Of a stretch of 64,000 bases of DNA, positions 23,001-33,739 are shown piece by piece. The notes below the pieces were generated by a model. That model was not told where the DNA came from, made no database searches, and saw only the letters and a list, made by a program, of their open reading frames with translations. Position 1 is the stretch's first letter. The number at the start of each line of letters is the position of its first letter. Both the position numbers and the translations under genes were made by a program. Source of the DNA: Cyanophora paradoxa CCMP329 (Eukaryota; Plantae; Glaucophyta); NCBI GenBank assembly GCA_004431415.1, contig QPMI01000658.1, forward strand, positions 1 through 64,000, written 5' to 3'.

Positions 23001-26000
23001 CGCAAAACGGGCTACAAGGCCCCGCCACGGCCGACTCGCGCGTGGTTCTCGGGTTCAGCGCCGACAGCGGCGTTCGCCCCGCAGAACGCGCTCGAGGCCG
23101 CCGCGATCATTTACCCCGAGGGCCTGACCTCCGACGAGGAAGCTCTCATGCCCGCGGGCCACGCCCTGGGCTCCAAAAACCGCCCGTCCCTCGCCGTGCC
23201 CCGCCCAGCAGAGGAGACGCCGCTGGGAACGCGCGCCGGCTATGACCCGCCCAGCGACGAGTTGCTCTACGCCAACCGCCACGGCCCGGGCCCGCGCAAG
23301 CGGACCAAGCCCTCGCCGTTGGCCGACCAGGCAGAGCAGCGCCGAGTCGCCGAGCGAGCCGCGGCTCGCCAGTCCCGGCCCCCATCCCCAACCGCAAGCG
23401 CAACGGACCTGTCGGGTCCACCCGCGCCGCCGGAACCAGAATTCCACGTCCGCCGCGCCCGACCTAGCTTCCCGCGCGACCGGGCCCTGGAATTCTTCCG
23501 GCCAAAGACACTGCACATTCACGGCAGCATTGCTATGCGCCTGCCGAACGGCCGCTCCGGCGCTGAACGGCCCGCTCGCATTGTTGTCGACACGGGCGCC
23601 CAGGGAACTGTAGTTCCCCAGGAAGTCCTCGACCGCCTGCCGCCCGACGAAGTCAATTACGTCGAGGGCCACACGATAGTCCGCGGTTTCATGGACCGGG
23701 ACAAAATTCGTTGTCGCCGCGCCGACGTAGTCTTCGTTCTGGGCTCGCTCCGCTTCTGCCGCCGCGTCTTCGTCGTCCCGCGCGGCGCCATGGGCGTTGA
23801 GCCGGACATTCTGCTCGGCCTGGACGCGATCCAGGCCGTCCACGGCCAGATCGACACGACGCTGTCCGGGTGGTGCCTCCGGGCCCGTGACCACCTGCAC
23901 CGCGAAGTCGTCGTCCCTTTTCGGCTCCGGACCAGCTTGGGATCCTGGTCCGAGTCCTGGGACCAGTAAAGCTCCCCGTCGGAGAGGCCCTCGTCCCATG
24001 CACGCTCAATGGGCAGGGCCCGGCAACGCGTGAGTTGCCGCACCTCTACGTCGAGCCGTCGCCGGAGTCCCCGCAAGCCTTGGGCGTACTCTGCCCTTAC
24101 CAGCTGCATAATCACCCGGGAGACAAAATGTTTCACGTGCGGTTGTGCAATCCTGGCCGGCAGCCGGTAACCCTGCCGCTAGGATCGGTAGTAGCGGTCG
24201 CTTCGGCGGTCGCCCTACCGCCTGGTGATTTTGAGTACGAACCTGAGCAAATGCCTTGTAGTGCGAGTGCATTGACAGACCTCTTGATTCGCCGGCTGCG
24301 AATCGTGCCTGCCAAACGCCGCACTGGACTCCGCCACTTTAATAGAAAAGCACGCATGCTTGGCGCGGCATATGAGCCCGCCAAAGACGTTGAGAAAATA
24401 ATCTCCACCCTACGTTCTGTCGTAGATGAGGCGGAAAAGCAGCGCGCTCTGTCTAGCGCAGCGCCTGCTGAGCCCGCCGACCCACCCCGCGCACCGCCCT
24501 ACGACGTCGACGATATAGTCGTCACGTTTGGCGAGCTGCCCTTCGACACAGCCGACCGGCCGTTGCAGGACCTTGATGCTATGAGCATCATTAGCCTCGA
24601 CGACGATGCTATGAGCACGTCGTCACGAAGCGCGTCCCCAACGCCGGCCCCGATCACAGGCCCCTCGGTCGACGAGTTCGTCGCCGCAGTCGAGGCAGTG
24701 TCCGTCCCCAGAGACGCCACCCTGCGCTCGACCTTCCCCGGTCTCTCCGAAAAAGCGGAGCGCGACTTGCTCGATGCAGTCCGCGCCATGCGCGGCGACG
24801 TTACGGTCCGCAAGGCCGCACCGGTCGCCGACGCCGAGGCCCCACCCAGAGTGTGGTCACAGCCTCGCTTTCGGCCCGGCCCGATGCCCCACCCCTACGA
24901 CTGCAGCACCCGACGCGAAGCCCGCTGAGGCACCGCGGCCGGTGCCTAATGCAGAGGAGGAGTGGCAAGAGCTGCTGAAGAAGATTCCTGAGCTCGGCTC
25001 TCACCCGTCAATCACGACGGCGCAGAAAGCCGAACTTCACGCGCTCCTGCGGCGCTACAAGGATGTCTTCGCAGACAAGGTCGAGGCCAAAGAGGGCACC
25101 AGCAACCTGCTCTATTACGAGCACGTGATCAAACTCACGACTCGCCTTCCGGTGTTCACGCCTCCGCGGCGTATGAACCCGCACGCCGAGGAACACGCCC
25201 GCAAGGAAATTCAGAAACTCCTTGAGCTTGGGCTGATCGAGCCCTCCCAAGCGGCATATGGCTCGCCGGTAGTGCTGGCCCCCAAAAAGGACGGCACTTG
25301 GCGTTTCTGTGTCGACTATCGGAGGCTGAATCAGATCACCGAGCGGGACGTGTTTCCCCTACCCCGCATAGACGACCAGCTCGAGCGCCTCCGCGGCTCG
25401 ATGGTCTTCTCGACTGCTGACGCGACTGCCGGCTTCTGGCAGCTGCCTCTGCACCCCGGCTCCCGAGCCTACACTGCATTTGTGGTCCCCTGGGGTCACT
25501 TTCAGTGGAAGGTTACGCCGTTTGGGGTCACGAACGGGCCCGCGGCATTCTCCCGCGCGATCACTGCGATCCTGGGCCCCTTGCTGACCACCTGCGTCGT
25601 CGCGTACATCGACGATATCACGGTCTTCTCACCGTCCATCGATCAGCACCTTCTAGACTTGAAGGCGCTCTTCGAGACGATCTCTAAGGCGAACCTGCGC
25701 CTGAAGCCGTCGAAGTGCCGCTTCTGCGTGCCTGAAATCGACCTTCTCGGCCACCGCATCTCCGCCGAAGGGATCCGCCAGGACCCTGCGAAGACCAAGG
25801 TGATCACGGACTGGCAGACGCCGAAGAACGCGGACGAGCTCCGCTCGTTCCTCGGCCTCGCCGGCTACTACCGCCGCTTTGTCGAGAACTTCTCCAAAGT
25901 GGTGCACGCCATGCAGCGCCTTCTATTGAAGGACGCCGTCTGGAGTTGGCCAGAGGACGGCCCCGCCGACCGCGCCTTTAAGGAGCTGAAAGAACTCCTG

Positions 26001-29000
26001 GGCCGCGATATTATATTGCGGTTCCCGGACTTCTCGAAGCCCTTCATTCTCCAGACGGACGCCAGCACCTACGCTATCGGCGCAATTCTGAGCCAGGCCG
26101 ACGACAAAGGCGTCGAGCGGCCGCTCGCGTTCATCAGCCGCACGCTGCTGCCGGCCGAGATGAACTACTCCGCTACGGAGCTGGAGTGCCTCGCAGTAGT
26201 CTGGGCCATTAAGTATTGGCGCCACTATCTGCTGGGCGGCCCCCAGTTCCTGGTGCGGACCGACCACCACGCCCTCCAGTGGCTGAAGACGCTGGACCCG
26301 ACGACGGGCCGCCTCGGTCGCTGGTCCCTGCTCTTGCAGGCCTACGACTTTGAGATCGTCTACCGCCCTGGCAAGCAGAACGGGGGTCCCGACGCGTGCT
26401 CGCGTCTCCCTAAGGACCACCCCGTCTGGCAGCCAGGCGGTGCAGACGGTTCCTCGTCCAAGCCCGCGGCCTACAAGGGCGCCGAAGGCTTCGGCATCCC
26501 GCAACATGCTGTAGGGGCTGAGCCTGAGGATCCCGACGTCCCGCTGGGCATCTTTAGGATGCAGCTGGGCCCGACCGAGCGGGCCCTGCGCCAGCTCGCC
26601 AACTCCGCCGGCTTCCGCGCGGAAGCCCCAGCCGAGGGTGGCCGAGCCGCTAGACGCCGAGCGCCCCGGGCGGCGCCTGCGAGCGCCCCCTCTTCCCGCC
26701 GGGCCGCTCCTCTTATGCAGAGGAGGAGTCGCGGCCCCCTGTGCCAGCCAGTGCTCCTGAGGCCGAGCCCGACGCCGGCGCCCCTGAAGCGCCCGCGCCC
26801 GAGCCTGAGGGTGAGGCTGGCGGTGCTGCGGAAACCGATTCCGACGCCGAGCCCCCGCCGCCAGAGCGCGCGCCGCGACGCCTGCCCCGCGAGCTCGCCA
26901 AGCTTGCTGCGTCGGCTGGGTTCGCTGAGGCCAAGGCCTCCGCCTCGGCTACTGACGCCGCCACGCGCAAGCGAGCGCGGGCCGCCCCAGAGCGCTTCGC
27001 GCCTCCCGCGCCAGAGTCGGTCTCGCCGCCCCGAAACGACGAGAGCCGGGCCCGGCGCCCGCTGTCGAGGAGCGCGAGGCTCCCTCGGACGCGGAGATGC
27101 CCGACGCCCCTGAGGGCGACCTGGGCGCCCCGGCCGCGCTGCTAGAGGACGCTCACGCAGAGGCCGAGGCCTCGGGCGAGATCGATGACGAGTCGCTGCC
27201 GGAAGGGCCTGTCCCCTCCGACGCCTGCGACGCTGACGGCTTCCCCCTCGCTCTTGCGGAGCGAGTCCCGAAGCGCTCGGAAACCGGGCCCCGTCGGTGG
27301 GGCGCCAAGGGATTTGCCGAGCCGCGGCCCCTGCATCCCGACGCGCTCTTCCCTCGCGGCCCCGCCTTGAGGCGGCAGCCTCGAGATGAGTACAACACGC
27401 GCCACTGGCGCTCCCCGGTCGACCCCTCGGATCGGCCGGTGCCGATTCATATTGAGTGGGAGCCGGAGGACCCTGAGGGCGAGCCGCCTCCCGGGCCTCC
27501 GCGCCGACGCTCGCTCTCCCGGAGACTGCTCGCCACCAGATCCGCGTTCGGCCGGTCCCCCCGGACCCCAAGCCAGCGCCGCGGGCTCGAGGTCGCCCCT
27601 CTGCCCGCGGGCAGGCTTCCGACGACGCCGCCCCGCTCGAGCCTGAGACGGTCGCCGCCGAGGCCGCTGCCCCGCAGCGGTGGGTAGAACTCGACCCTAG
27701 AGGCCGGGACGTTCGCCCGCCGTGCAAGCCGGTCTTCGTGGATACCGTCCTCGACGCGTGGGCCTGCGGACCCTCGCCAGCCGTCGATGGGGCGCTCCCC
27801 GACGCGCTGCGCCGTATGTTCCCGCCCGAGAAGCGCAAGCGTCTGCTCGCCGCTCAGAAGGAGGATTCCTTCTGCAAGAAGCTTCTCGCCTTCCACGCAG
27901 AGGGCGAGAATCCAACTGTCTGTACCCGCGGCTCGAGGCGCGACGCAGATCCCTGCTCGCCCAGCTGCGCTCACTGCCTGCGGGCCAAGGAGCGCTTTGC
28001 ACGCCTGGCCGGCGAGTTCAGCCTGGCCGACGACGGCGTCATCGAGCGCAACCCCTTGGTCCCTGCCGGCCGGTTCCTACCCGTCTTGCCGGACGCTTGG
28101 ATCGACAGGGTGCTCTACGCCTATCACGAGGGCTGGGCCCATCGAGGCGCGCCCGTGATAGCCCGTCGGATCGCCCTGCGGTTCTGGTGGCCTGGCATGT
28201 ACGCCTCCATCGCTCGCTTTGTGCGGTCGTGCCCGCACTGTCAGTTCGCGAAGGCCGCGAAGCCCCGCCGTACCGCCATTCAGGTGATACAGCCTTCGGG
28301 CAAGGGAGACCTGTGGCAGGTGGATATCTTCCACTTGGATATGCACGAAGACGGTTCGCGATACATCATCGCGTACGTCGACGCATACACCAAGTTCTGC
28401 TATATCTACCCGCTCTCCCGTATCTCCGGCGAGGCCTTGCTCGCCACCGCGATCGACTTCTATACGCACGAGGGCGTGCCCGCGCGCATCCTGACGGACC
28501 GCGGGTCCCAACTCGTTGGGGGCGCGTGGAACGCGTTCTTCAAGGAGAAGGGTACCCGGTTCGTGCACGCGGCCGCCTACCACCACGCCTCGAACGGCGG
28601 CGCCGAGCGCCTGGGCGGAGTCTACAAGACTCTCGCTTACGCCATGTGCCGTGAGCACAAGCGGCCGCTCTCTGACTGGCCTCTTTACAACGCCGATATC
28701 GTTCTCGCGTTGCGGACCACCGTGCACTCCGCCACCGGGTTCTCCCCGATGGTCTTGCACCGCGGTTCTGAAGTGCACCTGCCCTGCGAAGTGCGCTTCG
28801 GAGCCGGCGTCCGCTTCGTGAACCCCGACCACACGCACCCGGCTGATTACCTTCTCGCGATGACGCGAGCTGCCGCGAGCGCCGACGCTGCCTCGCGCGA
28901 GTACCGTCGGTTCTATCGGAACCGCATGGTTGCTCGCACCGGCAACCCGCCTCATCGTCGCCGCTTTGAGGTTGGCGACAAGGTATTGTGCTGGATGGGC

Positions 29001-29398
29001 GAACACAACAAAGGGCTGTACAATTCGTGGGTCGGGCCCTACACTGTGACTGGTGTTAACCCTGGCGGTTACACCTACACGGTCAAGGGGTCGGCTAAGC
29101 CCTACTCCGCCAAGGACGATGCCCGTACCCGTCCTCTGCGTGAGACTGTTGCCCACATCGACTGCATGCTTCCGTTCCGCACGCGTCTCTCCGAGTCTCA
29201 AGCCCGTCCCCGCGTTGGTCGGCCTCGGAAGACTGCTGTGAACGCCGACGAGCCGGCGATCGACCCCGCACTCGCGGACTCGCCCGCTCAAGAACAAAAT
29301 CCACCTCTCGCCCCTGACGTCGACGCCGAGGGCCCGAGCGGGCTGCCGAGGGCGACGAGGTTGAGATGGATGACGCGATTTTGGTCGACGACCTGTGA
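12458..29398 (+). CDS. Gag-cargo-Pol polyprotein of about 5,650 aa after joining about 21 single-base -1 shifts
   Basis: Successive ORF fragments join without stops when one base is restored at about 13929, 14408, 14883, 14930, 15548, 17237, 17426, 18894, 21026, 21148, 22120, 22142, 22412, 22803, 23920, 24888, 24893, 26695, 27059, 27491 and 29341. The joined frame ends ...EMDDAILVDDL* at TGA 29396-29398. Confidence 0.75.
14610..14851 (+). repeat. Internal coding duplication: about 98-bp unit, 144-bp period (VDAALEE[IV]ALLLAAAPDPTEVEGADA.AKGP x2)
   Basis: Near-identical copies start at 14610 and 14754. Confidence 0.9.
23510..23920 (+). CDS. Retropepsin-type aspartic protease domain
   Basis: IVVDTGA (DTG at 23589-23597) and DILLGLD motifs. 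Confidence 0.9.
25020..26410 (+). CDS. pol: Reverse transcriptase and RNase H (Ty3/Gypsy type)
   Basis: SPVVLAPKKDGTWRFCVDYRRLN, PLPRID, PFGVTNGPAAF, YIDD (25605-25616), FLGLAGYYRRF; RNase H motifs TDAS, ELECLAVVWA, TDH, DACSR. No frameshifts in this block. Confidence 0.98.
27830..29180 (+). CDS. Integrase: HHCC, DDE core and GPY/F motif; no chromodomain
   Basis: HEGWAH...CPHC; WQVDIF, LTDRGSQ, SNGGAERL; TGFSP; FEVGDKVL...WVGPYTV. Confidence 0.95.
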
Positions 29399-30074
29399 GA
29401 AGCTCGTCCCATTGCTGTTCCCTTTGCGATCGCTGTGCTTGCGCCGTGGGGCAGATTTCTTTGCCCGCTTTGCCTCAGCCCTGGCTTCCGAGGTGGGACG
29501 TGGGTTGGCTGGTGGCCAATCACGGGGCGCCATCTGGGCCTTTCGTTCCATTTTCTGGGATCTGGGCCCGTCGCTCGTGGAGAGTGGCTGGGTGTAGGCC
29601 TCCCGGGTGCCTGCGGGTCCGTGAGGGGCTCGAGGTTGCTGGCTGGGGGTGCACTCAGTCGTGCCCTATCCTTTCGTTGGGCCTGATGGGCGGCCCGGAT
29701 ACCTCCTCGCTGGTTTCTTCCCGAGGCGGTGAAACTTCCCATCCGTGCCACTCTCCTTCGGCTCTCGCCGTTGGAGCGAGTTTGGGCCAGCTTTTGGGGG
29801 TTTCGAGTTCTATGCTTTTCCATCTTTCGAGCTTGGCCTGGGTTGCCTAGGTACATGCACTATGCTGGTATCGGCTCCTATTTCGGTCGCGAGCTATGCT
29901 ACCTGGCATATCTGGTTGCTGACGACGGACATTCTACTTCGAGAGGAGTTCACTCGCCGCCGCCCTGTCGCTGCCGTGGTTGGTGCACACCCCGGCGGTG
30001 GGGTGGACGCCCCGTCGAGCATGCAGACTCGACGTTCGGCTTGGCGCGGTCCGGTGCGAGGACGCACCGTATGC

Positions 30075-30085
30075 AGAGTGAGGAG
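30075..30085 (+). other. Polypurine tract (plus-strand primer)
   Basis: AGAGTGAGGAG, one base upstream of the 3' LTR start at 30087. Confidence 0.75.
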
Positions 30086-30086
30086 T

Positions 30087-30342
30087 TGTCGCGTGCCGCG
30101 ATTCCCTCGGATTAGGCTAGCCGGCAGTCTATGCGTAGCCGCTAGCCCTAGTCTAGTGCTATCGAGCAGCTAGCTCTAGCACTCTCTGTATTCTGACTTA
30201 GCGCCGGGCGCGACTCCGTTTGGGGGTACGCGATCCCTGGACGGGTACACTTGTGAATAGACCACTTGTGCTCCCAGCTACAGCCCCAGCCCGTGCGTGA
30301 CCGCACGGACGCTGCACCGGGTGGGAATCCTCTCATCCGACA
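30087..30342 (+). repeat. 3' LTR (256 bp)
   Basis: Identical to 11657-11912 and followed by the ATTAG TSD. Confidence 0.97.
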
Positions 30343-31928
30343 ATTAGAGTATAACATTCTGTCTTTTTTTTATTAAGGGCTTGATTGTTCAAGCAAACGG
30401 GAGCTTTTTTTACTCATTCCACTATATATATCTGTTCATCGAGATATCTCCCCTCTTCCCGGAGAAGTTCCCCCCCTTGGAGCCCCTTCCCTCCTTCCCC
30501 CCTCCGGATCCCCCTCGAGCTCTCTCCGGATCTCGATCCGCTCCCGGCCCTCCGGATATCCGACGGCGTGAATTCGAAGGGCAAGGGCACCCTCTAGTAG
30601 ATGTTAGAATTTTCTAGATCTAGAGGGTGGCTGGCTACTAGGCTAGCGCTGGCCATATATATGCATGGGGGGGTGCGCATGCACGTGGGTGGCATGCAGG
30701 TCGCGATCGAGTCCGAGAACGCGTGCCGCAGTGCGCATGTGCGCACTGCGATATCGATACATAGGCCTAGCCGCGGCGCCGCGGCCGGAGTCCGAGATCT
30801 AGACCGCCGGATCGGACTCCGAGAACGCGTGCGCGCAGCGATATATAGGCCTAGGTTTGCTATCTAGCTATATATAGGGCTTTATATAGCTGGCGCTCGC
30901 GATCGCTGCAGGGTTGGGGCAAGTGGCCATATGCATGTATATGGGCGCGCGGCCGCGGGGGCCGCGGCCGGCGTCGGCGGGCTCGTGGGGATGCAGATCT
31001 CAAGGGGCTGCTCGCTGTGTTAACGTTATAATTAATATTATAATATAATTACGTATACCACCGACGTGGGCGCCGGGAGCCTGCAGCTGGCAGCTGCAGG
31101 GCCGGCGCCGGCCGGGGCCGGTCGGAGTGAATTCGAACCGCCGGCGCGGGCGCCGCGCGCGGGCAGCCTAGCTGTACTGCAGATGGCCATGCAGACGGCC
31201 ATGCGCCTGCCGCAGTGCAGAGCTACAACTTCGGAGGCCGCTCGAGGGCCGGCTATGACCAAGGCGGGTGAAATTTGGTGCCGCAGTGCTCCGGAGCTCC
31301 CCGCTCGGGGAGGCACCTAGGCGGCGTGCCGGGCCGGGGTGCTGATCGGCTCTCGAGGTCAGCCAATTGCAAGGGGGGGGCCTTGGGGAAGGAAGGGCCG
31401 GGGAGGGGCCGCGGGAGCCGGGCCGGGCCCGCCTGCACTGCGGCACCTTGGCCCCGCGCGCCGCGGCGGGGCCGGGTCGCGGGCGAAGGTCAGACGGTCG
31501 GCCCGACCGCGGCCCGCGCGCGATTGAGCAGCACCCACCCTTGGCCTAGGCCTCCGGATCCCTCGAGCTCGCCCCGGCCCGGGCCCGGGGCCCACCGAAC
31601 GCGACGCTCCGGTCCCGGCGCAAGAAATTAAATCATTCGAATTAATATTCTACATGCACATGTGATCGCGAGTACCGTGTACGTAGTGCACGCGTACGTG
31701 TACGCACAAGCTGTAATGATAATACGCAGCTTAGATATAAACCGGAGCCCGAGGACCTACTAGGCTATAGAGCTATATCTAGTTTTATCTACATCGGTAA
31801 ATCTAAGCGCCGCGGCGGCCGACGACGCGCTGAATCATGATCATGATCAGTGCATCTAACTTTAGTAAGCGGCATATTAGTTCACAATATTAGTTCCTTC
31901 ACGCTGACGTTCTGTTCGCGCTGACGGC

Positions 31929-32599
31929 CTACACCTTCACGTTGACTTGGGAGGGATCTGCAGAGCTGGACTCTGGGACCAGCATAACGCTGCGCACGGA
32001 ACGGAACCGAATGTGTATGTGAGTGAGAAGGGCATTCAAGTAGAAATACGGTCAAAAAGTGGAGAAATTTAATTTGCGCACGCGGGGACCCCTCCGTACA
32101 TGACGTCGACACGGCGCGCAGGAACGGCGTTGCCGTTAGAGAACGGCAGAATGAGAAAGACCTGCGCGCGCGTATAACAAAATCAGCCTCGAGCATCGAT
32201 AACTGTGCGAGCTTCGGAGTGCGCGTGATCATGATTATATATATGATTATAATTATGACGTCTAGCTATAGTACTGCATATGCAACGGACCTTTCCGTCC
32301 TTTATGGTCATGGAGAGGCCAGGCTGGGGGCCGCTCTCGACAATCTGCTTTTGACCAGGCCCCGGCGGGCCGGCCGGGCGGATGACAGGCGCGGCCGGCA
32401 TGCCATTGCTAGCGTACATCTGAACTACTGGTGCTGGTTGTTGCCACTGCACGGGCTGCGGTTGTTGCATAGGCTGCATCGACATAGGAGCGGCCATGGG
32501 CTGCGCCCCCTGGTTGACGGCAGCGCTCTGCTGTGTAATGTTCACGGTCTGCTTGCTGCCGCCTCCGCCGCAGCAGCAACAACAACATGGCGGGCACAT
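31929..32599 (-). CDS. Three-exon gene for a ~143-aa protein with an N-terminal Cys cluster and Gln/Pro-rich middle; function unknown
   Basis: Exons 32599-32291, 32161-32100 and 31989-31929 (GT-AG, consistent phases): MCPPCCCCCCGGGGSKQTVNITQQ...IKDGKVFLILPFSNGNAVPARRVDVIVMLVPESSSADPSQVNVKV*. Confidence 0.65.
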
Positions 32600-32987
32600 C
32601 GCAGGAGCGAATGTCGACGTCTATGTAGGTTCACGGTATCCGGCGTGGTGAGCGGTTAGTCGAACGAAGCTTAAGGGCCTAGACTCCTGCTCACTGTAAC
32701 TGCAGCTGCTTGTCCGCAGCTGGTCTAGAATCTAGATCTGGGGCCCTGCGTGCTTCGCGCGCGCAAGCTTGAAGCTTCGACTTGCAAGCTGGCGAGCTGA
32801 CTTCCAGTACTAGTGAAGCGCTGCCGCCAGTGCGCCGCTGCCGGAGAGTCTTACTAAGTTAGCGAGTCTGAGAGACTAGGCTAGCCAGTACAGTACTACC
32901 GTTACTACCGTACTAGCCGCAGGCTGCCCGCAGTGGCCTATTAGCCTAGTACCGTAGTACTGTCGGTCCAGTGTAGGACTCCGGGAG

Positions 32988-33356
32988 TAGGGCACTGGCC
33001 GGCGGGTCTAGAAGCTTGCACCGGGGCTGGCCCAAAATTCCGAAAGCTTGCACCGGGGCTGGCCCTAGCGGCTTGGCGGCTCCGAAATTTCGGCTGGCTT
33101 GCCAGCGGCTTGCCAGTTACTATGGTACCGGTGGCCAGCGCGGCTTGGTCTGGCTTGGTGCAGCTCGCGCTAACTTCACCTATGCTTCGTTCGCCGGCTC
33201 GATTGCGAGCCCCGGGCTTGCTGACTTGGCTGACAAGCCGGGGAAAACCGGCAAAACCCCTGGGCTGGCAAGCCGGGGTTTCGGCTGCCTAGCCCAGGCG
33301 CCCCCCGCCCAAATTGGCCGGCTAGCTAGCCGGCTTGGCCGCCGGCCAGTGCCCTA
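32988..33356. mobile_element. 369-bp hAT-type MITE
   Basis: Perfect 18-bp TIR TAGGGCACTGGCCGGCGG / CCGCCGGCCAGTGCCCTA and 8-bp TSD TCCGGGAG at 32980-32987 and 33357-33364. Confidence 0.92.
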
Positions 33357-33739
33357 TCCGGGAGGGCTTAAAGTAATGCGCGCACTTAATAAATGCGCCC
33401 CCAAATTAATGCGTTTTCCGCTGGCAAAACGCACTAATTCGCCAAAGAGTCGGGGGCGCATTAATAGCAGAACGCTAAGAAACTGCAGTCAGTAGGACTA
33501 AGTACCCCCCTAATGCAGGCGAGAAAGCGTAAAACGCATTGACTTGGGGACGCATTAATATATAATATCAATATCAGGCTCAGGCCGGCTCAGGCCCGGG
33601 CCGCCCGGCTGCCAGCAGTGGGCCCGGCGGGGCCGCGGGGCAGCGCCGGGCCGCCGCCGGGCCAGCGGCGCCGCGCGCTGCGGCGGCCGCAGCCGCTGAC
33701 TCATGATGAGTGAGCGCGCCGGCGCCGGCGAAAAAAGCA

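Larger units (their letters stand above)
11657..30342 (+). mobile_element. Giant full-length Ty3/Gypsy LTR retrotransposon, 18,686 bp
   Basis: Two 256-bp LTRs, identical by eye, with TGTCG...CGACA ends; ATTAG TSD at 11652-11656 and 30343-30347; domain order Gag-PR-RT-RH-IN; purine tract before the 3' LTR. Confidence 0.97.

Noticed and set aside
12458-29398. Frame changes in the retroelement explained by introns
   Set aside because: Coding sense continues directly across each break when one base is added, and there are no intervening host-like intron sequences.
12458-29398. C/G-insertion RNA editing as the cause of the -1 breaks
   Set aside because: Homopolymer sequencing error is far simpler, and edited RNA would be copied into new insertions.
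29399-30086. env-like or extra ORF before the 3' LTR
   Set aside because: Only short overlapping ORFs without a credible signal/TM architecture; it reads as a 3' UTR. The ORF-track tail to 29597 is out of frame after about 29341.
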